Sequence record: KJ716335.1
DNA: 24,000 bases
Strand: one strand, 5' to 3'
Source of the DNA: Dickeya phage RC-2014
In this document: piece after piece, positions 1-6,535 of the stretch
Position numbering within the stretch: the first letter of the stretch is position 1
Layout of the letters: every line of letters begins with the position of its first letter
Program-made: the position numbers and the translations under genes
Notes under the pieces: generated by a model
What the model was told of the DNA's origin: nothing
Database searches by the model: none
What the model saw: the letters and a program-made list of their open reading frames with translations, nothing else

Positions 1-37
1 CGCGCTCTCTCCTTGACCTGATGAAGAAGGGGTGATC

Positions 38-235
38 ATGAAACGGTTGTCTAATTATCTGTTGTTCATCGGCCTGATTATGGCAGCCGTTTCAATATGC
101 GCTGCCTTGGCCTATCATTTCACTCCTCTGGACTTAACAACCTCAGAGAAGTTGAACGTGACTGTGATGTACTGTATTGGCGCGGTGATGTCTATCGGCG
201 CTGCTGGTTACAAAATATTCAAGGAACCAAAATGA
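38..235 (+). CDS. Small predicted membrane protein (about two TM segments)
   Basis: ORF from the track (32..235); ATG at 38 preceded by GAAGAAGGGG is a better start than GTG 32. Hydrophobic stretches YLLFIGLIMAAVSICAALAY and VTVMYCIGAVMSIGAAGY. Stop overlaps next ATG (ATGA). Confidence 0.7.
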   Translation: MKRLSNYLLFIGLIMAAVSICAALAYHFTPLDLTTSEKLNVTVMYCIGAVMSIGAAGYKIFKEPK

Positions 236-612
236 AAATCGAAATCCCTCGTGATGCTGTGGCTGTTGCGATCGACTACACCGGAAATGCTAAGCATATT
301 ACTGCCGTGCGCCTGATTCCTGAAAAGAACTGCGTCATCCCTCAGTTCCAGCTGAATGCCAACCCGTCGTCCAAAGACTTCGGTCAGTGGCTGCAGGCGG
401 CTCCGTTCCGTACCCAGACCAATGCCCAGAAGTTCATCTCCGGTAAGACCCAAACTGCATCCCGTCTGTGGTTTGTGACCGCCGACCGCCGCTTCTTCGA
501 CATGTGGGAACGCCCGATGGGGTTTGTGAAGCCAGAAGAAATTCAGCTGGCTCCTGAACCTGAAGTTGTTTCTCCTGAAGAGGAAGCGAAAGATGAAGAT
601 CAGGTCGGCTGA
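232..612 (+). CDS. Hypothetical protein, acidic C-terminus
   Basis: In frame with track ORF 97..612; ATG at 232 overlaps the preceding TGA (ATGA), start MKIEIPRDAVAVAIDYTG. Confidence 0.7.
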   Translation: MKIEIPRDAVAVAIDYTGNAKHITAVRLIPEKNCVIPQFQLNANPSSKDFGQWLQAAPFRTQTNAQKFISGKTQTASRLWFVTADRRFFDMWERPMGFVKPEEIQLAPEPEVVSPEEEAKDEDQVG

Positions 613-691
613 TTTTGTCTTCATGATGCTGATGTTCGTTTCCTTCATGGTCTCGCTCGTTGGCATCATGGTGACTGAAGGAGTTGAGTAA
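593..691 (+). CDS. Putative 32-aa small membrane protein (below track cutoff)
   Basis: ATG 593 to TAA 689-691, translation MKIRSADFVFMMLMFVSFMVSLVGIMVTEGVE; AGGAAG upstream; strongly hydrophobic core; overlaps the 3' end of the 232..612 gene. Confidence 0.4.
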   Translation: MKIRSADFVFMMLMFVSFMVSLVGIMVTEGVE

Positions 692-774
692 CGCCCCTTC
701 CTGTTACTTTGTCTTATATCGATCGCCGCTTTCTTCTATTTGGCGTTCCGTGTCGAACTCGGGAGTAAACTTGG

Positions 775-2010
775 ATGAAACATTTGTCTAAAATGCCGAC
801 GGGCTATATGCCTCCGGCTGAATGGAAGTATCCGATTGATCTGGCTGTTGACTATCGCAAGCCGGAAAATCGCATGTACCTGCTCAAGGCTTGGGTGGAG
901 GCGTTATCCTATACTGAAGAGCACAACCAGCAGATGCGTCTGATGGACTATGCAATTGAAGTCACTGAAGGTATCACAGACGCCCAAAAGATCGAACGCA
1001 AGATCTGGATGTCGTTCCTTTGGGGCTGCTGCTACAACGCCATCGGTCCATGGACAATCTACAGTGAGTTCCCTGTACCGCCTCAGTCCAAAGAAGAGAT
1101 GCAACGCTTCGCTGACTGGTACAACCTGAACTTCGAGCGCATGCGCTTCGACACCGACTGCCGCTACCGCAAGTCCAAGATGATCCCTTGTGTTCAGTCC
1201 TACATCGACTGGCTTAGAGGCCGCACTCAAATGGATGCTTTCCGACCTATGCTGGAACTGGACATCCCCGTACACCAATTCACCAATCTGTGGGATACGG
1301 TAATGTCCTGGAAATACTTCGGCCGCCTGAGCGCCTGGAACTTCCTTGAAGCCCTGAACATGGTCTTTGGCAACATGTGGCAGATTGACGTCCCTGGCTT
1401 CATGCTGCGTGACCGCGATGGTAGCGAGTCCAACCGTAACGGCGCGGCGTTCTTGTCCAACCGTGATGATTGGGTGACCAAGCACGGGAAGAAAAAGATC
1501 AATGGCTGCCCTATCACTGATGAAGAGTGTGACATCCTTGAGGCCGACCTTGAGCAGGCGTTCCAGGATTGTGTGGCCGAGTTCGGCCACCTGACGTTCA
1601 TCAATCGCCTGAACTTTGAAACCTCCGGCGCATGCTGGCTGAAGAAGTTCTTCCGTGAAAAGAACACCCGTTACATTGGGTGGGACGCCGAGCGTACATG
1701 GGATGAGATCGACTACATGGAACGCATCTGGCCGGAGTACTCCTGTGCAGCGCTCTGGGAAGCCCGTTCACTCTGGCTGCCAGATACCCTGTTATGCGAA
1801 AAGGCTCCCGCAGGGCACGTTCCAGGCGTCCAGAAGTGGAAGATGTCCGTGTTCTTTGATACTGGTATCCCTCTGCACATATGGCATCTGCAAAAGGGTA
1901 CGCGCTGGGAACCATCTGAGGTCTGTAAGAACCTGAAGGCACCTGTGCACAAGGTTGAGGATAAACCGAAGCCAACCAGCGTCAGTCTTCTCGGATTGTT
2001 GAAACGTTGA
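775..2010 (+). CDS. Conserved-looking phage protein of unknown function; possible DNA-base hypermodification (amino acid:DNA transferase / thymine pyrophosphorylase-like) enzyme
   Basis: 411-aa ORF, dense with Trp/Tyr, segment WKYFGRLSAWNFLEALNMVFG...GFMLRDRDGSESNRNGAAFL. CDS call is strong; the functional suggestion is weak pattern memory only. Confidence 0.85.
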   Translation: MKHLSKMPTGYMPPAEWKYPIDLAVDYRKPENRMYLLKAWVEALSYTEEHNQQMRLMDYAIEVTEGITDAQKIERKIWMSFLWGCCYNAIGPWTIYSEFPVPPQSKEEMQRFADWYNLNFERMRFDTDCRYRKSKMIPCVQSYIDWLRGRTQMDAFRPMLELDIPVHQFTNLWDTVMSWKYFGRLSAWNFLEALNMVFGNMWQIDVPGFMLRDRDGSESNRNGAAFLSNRDDWVTKHGKKKINGCPITDEECDILEADLEQAFQDCVAEFGHLTFINRLNFETSGACWLKKFFREKNTRYIGWDAERTWDEIDYMERIWPEYSCAALWEARSLWLPDTLLCEKAPAGHVPGVQKWKMSVFFDTGIPLHIWHLQKGTRWEPSEVCKNLKAPVHKVEDKPKPTSVSLLGLLKR

Positions 2011-2018
2011 TATAAATA
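2011..2018 (+). promoter_or_regulatory. Candidate T4-type late promoter TATAAATA
   Basis: Exact TATAAATA octamer immediately upstream of the small ORF 2047..2214. Confidence 0.65.
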
Positions 2019-2042
2019 TCCTCGCCTATAAAGTGAGGATAT
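2016..2042 (+). promoter_or_regulatory. SD-sequestering hairpin overlapping the late promoter
   Basis: ATATCCTC (2016-2023) is a perfect 8-bp inverted complement of GAGGATAT (2035-2042), loop GCCTATAAAGT; the 3' arm contains the SD GAGGA for ATG 2047. Confidence 0.7.
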
Positions 2043-2046
2043 AATC

Positions 2047-2214
2047 ATGTTACAAGATCTGTTAGTGTATACACTTCCTGGTGTGGTTGTCGGCTTCGTT
2101 GCTGGCGCTCTTGTCTTCCGCAAACACGCGCAAGACGGTGAAGTCATTGTTCAGAAGGGTAAAGACATCCTGGAACAAATCGAAGCCAAACTGGACGAGC
2201 TGAAGAAAAAGTAA
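2047..2214 (+). CDS. 55-aa single-pass membrane protein (not in track)
   Basis: ATG 2047 to TAA 2212-2214: MLQDLLVYTLPGVVVGFVAGALVFRKHAQDGEVIVQKGKDILEQIEAKLDELKKK; SD GAGGA 9-12 nt upstream; TM followed by charged helix. Confidence 0.75.
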   Translation: MLQDLLVYTLPGVVVGFVAGALVFRKHAQDGEVIVQKGKDILEQIEAKLDELKKK

Positions 2215-2239
2215 TCTGACTGCGATTGCGTTCTTCAAT

Positions 2240-2280
2240 AAAGGGGAATGGGTTAATATTAGCCCGTTCCCCTTTCTTTT
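2240..2280 (+). terminator. Intrinsic terminator
   Basis: AAAGGGGAATGGG / CCCGTTCCCCTTT 13-bp stem (one T-G pair) followed by CTTTT. Confidence 0.85.
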
Positions 2281-2295
2281 GCAAGGAAATACATC

Positions 2296-2508
2296 ATGGC
2301 AATGCAACGAATTGAAGATGTGTCTCTACTCGATATGGAAGCGACTTTTGGCGATTACTTTGAGTCTACCCCAAAACAAAAAGATCCTCTGGTTGGCCGT
2401 CTGGTTGTTTCTGAATCATTTGCAGAGAAGGTTCGCGAAGGTCTTCCTGCAGAATATAGTTGTTTCCGTAATGGCGCTCCTGTTATCATCATGGGTGAAT
2501 CTAAATGA
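2296..2508 (+). CDS. Hypothetical protein (70 aa)
   Basis: ORF MAMQRIEDVSLLDMEATFGDYFE...; AAGGAAA SD upstream; ATGA overlap with next ORF. Confidence 0.7.
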   Translation: MAMQRIEDVSLLDMEATFGDYFESTPKQKDPLVGRLVVSESFAEKVREGLPAEYSCFRNGAPVIIMGESK

Positions 2509-2509
2509 T
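2494..2509 (+). repeat. Copy 1 of 16-bp direct repeat GGTGAATCTAAATGAT
   Basis: Identical to 2709-2724; spans gene junction. Confidence 0.95.
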
Positions 2510-2723
2510 TAAGACTACCAGAACAATGAAGCGCGCAATCGCTCACTGCGTCCACTCAGTGGCCACTATTATGTTCCGCCATCACATTACATTTGATGAA
2601 GCGCTGGACCCACAGTACCATGAAGAGCGTTGGGATCTGTTGTTAAAGAACGGTGCCAATCCTGAGCACAAAGATCAACTCCTTGGGATGACCAAGGCGC
2701 AACTCGTCGGTGAATCTAAATGA
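2505..2723 (+). CDS. Hypothetical protein (72 aa)
   Basis: ORF MIKTTRTMKRAIAHCVHSVATIMFRHH...VGESK; ATGA overlaps at both ends. Confidence 0.7.
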   Translation: MIKTTRTMKRAIAHCVHSVATIMFRHHITFDEALDPQYHEERWDLLLKNGANPEHKDQLLGMTKAQLVGESK

Positions 2724-2724
2724 T
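2709..2724 (+). repeat. Copy 2 of 16-bp direct repeat GGTGAATCTAAATGAT
   Basis: Identical to 2494-2509; spans the next gene junction. Confidence 0.95.
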
Positions 2725-3835
2725 CTACCTCCTGTTTGGTGTGCCGTTGATACTGGCCATCCTGTTTGTGGTCTACCACCGCAAGACTCATGAGCCGAAA
2801 GAGACTCTGATAGCGACCGCGATTGTAGTGGTGCTGTCCTGTCTGATTCAGGCGGGGGCTTATGCTGCGTTCTCCCTCGGCAGTTCGGGAGACGTTGAGA
2901 TCCTGAACGGGTACGTCACTGCAAAGGAGCGGAATAAGGTGAGCTGTGAGCACTCGTATGAGTGCAACTGCTACTACACCACATCGTGTTCCGGCTCTGG
3001 TAGCAGCAAGTCCTGTACCCGTACCCGCCATTGCAGCACCTGTTATGAGCATTCTTATGATGTGGACTGGGATGTGCTGACGACTGTTGGTAATCTGACA
3101 ATCGATCGCATCGACCGTCGTGGCCTTGGCCAGCCGCCGCGCTGGGCACAGGTTCAGATTGGTGAGCCAGCCGCCCGTGAGCACTCCTACATGAATTATG
3201 TGCTGGGCAACAAGGACTCTCTGTTCTCTCGCTCTGACCAGCAGTTTGCCGAGCGTTTCAAAGACAAGATTCCCAAGTATCCCGAAGTCTATGACTACTA
3301 TCGTGTCACTCGCGTTCTGAACGTGTCCGGCCTGGCTTTGCCAACCACATACTGGAACGACTATCTGAATGATGTTCTGAAGAAGCTGGGCGCGGCCAAG
3401 CAGGTGAATATCGTCTGGGTTGTGACGTCTGGTCAGCCAGTTGAATATTTCCAGGGCTTGGTCTACGCATGGGATGGTGGTAAAAAGAACGACGTCATTG
3501 TCGTGACCGATATCACCAAGGACATGAAGATCAATTGGGGTAAGAGCACGTCATTCGCTGATGGGATGCACAACCGTGAACTTCACTCCCGCAACGGTAT
3601 GGATCTGACTGGGCATGATATGGGCATCGGCGTCATGACAGATGTTGTTGCCAACATCACCAAGGGCTACAACCGCGTCGAGATGAAGGAAATGGAGTAC
3701 CTGAAGTGGCGGGAACTCAAGACCTGGGAAGTTGTGATTGTTGTTTTGCTGGGCTGCTTACCGTTCACCGCAATTTTCATATTGCAGCGAATGGAGTACA
3801 ATGGTGGCCGTCGTCGTTATCCGTTTAATTTTTAA
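2720..3835 (+). CDS. Multi-pass membrane protein with Cys-rich extramembrane region
   Basis: 371 aa; N-terminal hydrophobic helices (MIYLLFGVPLILAILFVVY; TLIATAIVVVLSCLIQAGAYAAF), Cys-rich CEHSYECNCYYTTSCSGSGSSKSCTRTRHCSTCYEH, C-terminal TM WEVVIVVLLGCLPFTAIFIL. Confidence 0.85.
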   Translation: MIYLLFGVPLILAILFVVYHRKTHEPKETLIATAIVVVLSCLIQAGAYAAFSLGSSGDVEILNGYVTAKERNKVSCEHSYECNCYYTTSCSGSGSSKSCTRTRHCSTCYEHSYDVDWDVLTTVGNLTIDRIDRRGLGQPPRWAQVQIGEPAAREHSYMNYVLGNKDSLFSRSDQQFAERFKDKIPKYPEVYDYYRVTRVLNVSGLALPTTYWNDYLNDVLKKLGAAKQVNIVWVVTSGQPVEYFQGLVYAWDGGKKNDVIVVTDITKDMKINWGKSTSFADGMHNRELHSRNGMDLTGHDMGIGVMTDVVANITKGYNRVEMKEMEYLKWRELKTWEVVIVVLLGCLPFTAIFILQRMEYNGGRRRYPFNF

Positions 3836-3854
3836 TCAAAAGAGGAAGTAAAGA

Positions 3855-4424
3855 ATGTCTCAATCTAAGGGTATTGCAACAGGTTGGATCGTTGGTTTGG
3901 CTTTGCTGGGCATGGTCATCGTCGGCATCGGTACTGTCATCAGCTACTTCAACGACTTCAACCGCACTGAACAGCAGGTCAAGAAGTTCAACAAAGACTC
4001 TGAGAACTATCTGAGCAACTACACGCTCAAAGTTCAGGAGACGGCGCAGATTCCTGACATGTACAAAGACGGCCTGAAGGAAGTCATCAAAGGCACGTTC
4101 GAAGGGCGTTATGGTGCTGACGGTTCCAAGGCTGTGATGCAGTGGATCCAGGAACAGAACATTCAGTTTGATTCCAGCCTGTACAAAGAGATCCAGGTTG
4201 TCATCAGCTCAGGCCGCGATGAGTTCCGTATCAGTCAGACCAAGAAGCTCGACATCTGCGCGATGTACGAAACCAAGCTGGCTCAGTTCCCTGGTTCGTT
4301 GATTGCTGGCATATTCGGCTACCCACGCATCGATCTTGACAAGACCTGCCAGGTGGTGAGCGATACCCGTACCCAGGCCGCGTTTGACGCTGGGGTTCAG
4401 AAACCGATCAACTTCAAAGGCTGA
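3855..4424 (+). CDS. LemA-like membrane-anchored protein
   Basis: 189 aa; N-terminal TM then NDFNRTEQQVKKFNKDSENYLSNYTLKVQETAQIPDMYKDGL helical layout similar to LemA family; SD AAAGAGGAAG. Confidence 0.6.
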   Translation: MSQSKGIATGWIVGLALLGMVIVGIGTVISYFNDFNRTEQQVKKFNKDSENYLSNYTLKVQETAQIPDMYKDGLKEVIKGTFEGRYGADGSKAVMQWIQEQNIQFDSSLYKEIQVVISSGRDEFRISQTKKLDICAMYETKLAQFPGSLIAGIFGYPRIDLDKTCQVVSDTRTQAAFDAGVQKPINFKG

Positions 4425-4428
4425 TATC

Positions 4429-4857
4429 ATGAGCGTGAAACTGACTGAAGAAACTGCGTTGACTTTGGTACAACAGCAGATGTTCCTTGATGAAGTGGTG
4501 ATCTCTGCTATCAAGCAAGGGATAATCAAAAACGATGCATTGATCACCCGCCCCGAGATGATTCATCATCTGGTGGTGTGCCTCGGTGAAGCCGATAATC
4601 CTCGCAAGAAGGTCGTGTTGTTCACCGATGGTGTTATCCATCCAAGCGGGAACTGTGCGTTCTTGGATGTGGTCGAACAACCGAACACGAAGGGTAAAGA
4701 GATCAAGACTTCTGTTCCGGTGACTCCATACACCGAGGGTGTTGACCAGCTGTCTTGGTTTGAGACGATCAACACCATCTATGTGATGGCGGTGGGCGGT
4801 CGACCTATTCAAGACCTGCGCGGCGTTATCAAACCAGAACCGAAAACTGAAGTCTAA
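4429..4857 (+). CDS. Hypothetical protein
   Basis: In frame with track ORF 4384..4857; ATG 4429 (MSVKLTEETALTLVQQQMFLDEVV). Confidence 0.75.
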   Translation: MSVKLTEETALTLVQQQMFLDEVVISAIKQGIIKNDALITRPEMIHHLVVCLGEADNPRKKVVLFTDGVIHPSGNCAFLDVVEQPNTKGKEIKTSVPVTPYTEGVDQLSWFETINTIYVMAVGGRPIQDLRGVIKPEPKTEV

Positions 4858-4869
4858 TCGTTCTTCAAT

Positions 4870-4906
4870 AAAAGGGGATAGGGTATTATTGCCCTATCCC
4901 CTTTTT
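4870..4906 (+). terminator. Strong intrinsic terminator
   Basis: Perfect 14-bp stem AAAAGGGGATAGGG / CCCTATCCCCTTTT, loop TATTATTG, then T-run. Confidence 0.9.
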
Positions 4907-4907
4907 C

Positions 4908-5285
4908 ATGGACAAGAACATGACAGACAAGCCAAGAAAGATTGCGATTGTTGGAGCCGGACTGGGCTCTCGGCTGATCAAAATCCTGCTGGAAGAGAAG
5001 CTGCCAGGAGTGGAGGTTGTCCACATCACACCCGATGATATTCCGAAGCGTCGGAGTGAACCGGGTGAGCGCATGATCATTTGTGACGAGTTACAACAGA
5101 TGCTAGACACCAAGGCTCTGATTGCCAAGCTGAAACAACGTGACACGGAGATGTCTGCTGAATGTGATATGCGGGAGTTTTACGCTGACCGCCGCTATCA
5201 AGAACCCACACGCCTGCGTGGAGCCGCTGCTCACAAACGCCAGGCCACCAAAATGAAGAACAAAAGCCGGAGCAAACGCAAATGA
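4908..5285 (+). CDS. Hypothetical protein with Rossmann-like N-terminus
   Basis: ORF with KIAIVGAGLGSRLIKILLEEKLPGVEVVHI (GxGxxG-type motif); start may be ATG 4908 or 4920; ends in basic tail KMKNKSRSKRK. Confidence 0.7.
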   Translation: MDKNMTDKPRKIAIVGAGLGSRLIKILLEEKLPGVEVVHITPDDIPKRRSEPGERMIICDELQQMLDTKALIAKLKQRDTEMSAECDMREFYADRRYQEPTRLRGAAAHKRQATKMKNKSRSKRK

Positions 5286-5728
5286 CTACCAAACCAACTT
5301 ATGAAGAACTGGCACAGACAGTTCTGACATTTGACGAAACACTGAAGACCCTGTACAAGGTGCTGGGCAAGAATCCGACTTCAGAGTCAGGCAGCGCAGT
5401 CAATCTTCTGTTGTTGCTGAATCCTCTGTGGGATATTGATGCCACTGTGGCCGCCCTGAGAGATCCTGGGGCACAGGAGCCAGAGCCAGCCCCTGCCGCC
5501 GCAGGCATCCAGAATTATCTGGAGAACTTTGACGAGTACTCCTTCACCGACCTGCTCCTGCGCGATCTGATCAACACAGAACGTCGCCGCCAGGAAAAGA
5601 ATTGCCCTGTGGTTCAGTCCGACGAAGAAATCGAGCAGGCTGTTCGAGACGGGTTGGAAGCCTCTATCGGGCTGGCTGTGATGATCGTCCAGGCGCTGTC
5701 ATACGCCGCCAAAGGGGAAACCAAATGA
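5282..5728 (+). CDS. Hypothetical protein
   Basis: 148-aa ORF coupled by ATGA overlaps to both neighbours. Confidence 0.7.
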   Translation: MTTKPTYEELAQTVLTFDETLKTLYKVLGKNPTSESGSAVNLLLLLNPLWDIDATVAALRDPGAQEPEPAPAAAGIQNYLENFDEYSFTDLLLRDLINTERRRQEKNCPVVQSDEEIEQAVRDGLEASIGLAVMIVQALSYAAKGETK

Positions 5729-5925
5729 AGAAGTCATCCGCTGCCGTCGCTGCCATGTTGGCGCTGTCGGAAATGGAAGTCATCGCCACGCATCGCGGGG
5801 ACGATATGTGGGGACGTCGTTACACTCAGGGCGGCGCACCCGGTGAACCGGGACATGGCCGCCCGTCTGTAACCCGCAAGAAGAAGGCGAAGACCAATGG
5901 AAAGAACAAGCGCAAACGTAAGTGA
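5725..5925 (+). CDS. Small basic hypothetical protein
   Basis: In frame with track ORF 5602..5925; ATG 5725 overlaps the preceding TGA; 66 aa ending TRKKKAKTNGKNKRKRK. Confidence 0.65.
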   Translation: MKKSSAAVAAMLALSEMEVIATHRGDDMWGRRYTQGGAPGEPGHGRPSVTRKKKAKTNGKNKRKRK

Positions 5926-6070
5926 GGAGCGCCTGAAGGATTTGTCCATCGGCAATCCCAAATTAGCCAGGTCATGGGTGATGTTTGAAGAAGGCAAGAT
6001 GATGGCCGACGAGATCATCTTCCTTCGAGCAGAGGTCGCTCGATTAAGTAAAACTGAACCCGAAAAGTAG
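5897..6070 (+). CDS. 57-aa hypothetical protein (not in track)
   Basis: ATG 5897 to TAG 6068-6070: MERTSANVSEERLKDLSIGNPKLARSWVMFEEGKMMADEIIFLRAEVARLSKTEPEK; fills the gap between 5925 and 6081. Confidence 0.6.
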   Translation: MERTSANVSEERLKDLSIGNPKLARSWVMFEEGKMMADEIIFLRAEVARLSKTEPEK

Positions 6071-6080
6071 AGGATATGTT

Positions 6081-6428
6081 ATGAGTTCTATTGAACAGCT
6101 GATCACCCCACAGTATGTGTACTCCAACATCGTTGAGCATCTGCGCTCACAGTTGAACGTGGGAACCCTGAGCAGCACTGACCTGAAAGATCTACAGATC
6201 ACCGAAGTGGAAGTGGCGGCATTCGGTAGCCGTTATCACTTCAACGTGGATTACACCCGCATTGAAGAAGAGAAGGCATCGATCATCGCGCTGGCCACTC
6301 CGGTCAACCCTCGCAAAGAACCTGTGTCGGTCACCCGCACGGTCGTGGGTTATCTTGAGGAAACTCTTGAGCCTGGGGCTACCCGACCGACATTCAACTT
6401 CCAGGCACGATTTGCCACAGAAGATTGA
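6081..6428 (+). CDS. Hypothetical protein (115 aa)
   Basis: ORF with SD GAGG upstream; followed by a clear terminator. Confidence 0.75.
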   Translation: MSSIEQLITPQYVYSNIVEHLRSQLNVGTLSSTDLKDLQITEVEVAAFGSRYHFNVDYTRIEEEKASIIALATPVNPRKEPVSVTRTVVGYLEETLEPGATRPTFNFQARFATED

Positions 6429-6435
6429 TCTGAAC

Positions 6436-6460
6436 AAAGCCCTCAGCCGAGGGCTTTTTC
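6436..6460 (+). terminator. Intrinsic terminator
   Basis: AAAGCCCTC-AGCC-GAGGGCTTT followed by TTC. Confidence 0.85.
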
Positions 6461-6535
6461 AATTGAAGCCCACCACAGTATCATACCCACTCAACCAATA
6501 TGTTTCCCCTTTGACATTGATAGGATTTCTACACT

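Noticed and set aside
904-1590. 228-aa minus-strand ORF antisense to the 411-aa gene
   Set aside because: Mirror ORF caused by codon bias in the + strand gene; no recognisable motifs and no RBS-led operon on that strand here.
4908-5285. Possible oxidoreductase/NAD-binding enzyme from IAIVGAGLGS motif
   Set aside because: Only a short N-terminal Rossmann-like motif; the 125-aa protein is too short for a complete known enzyme, so no function was assigned.
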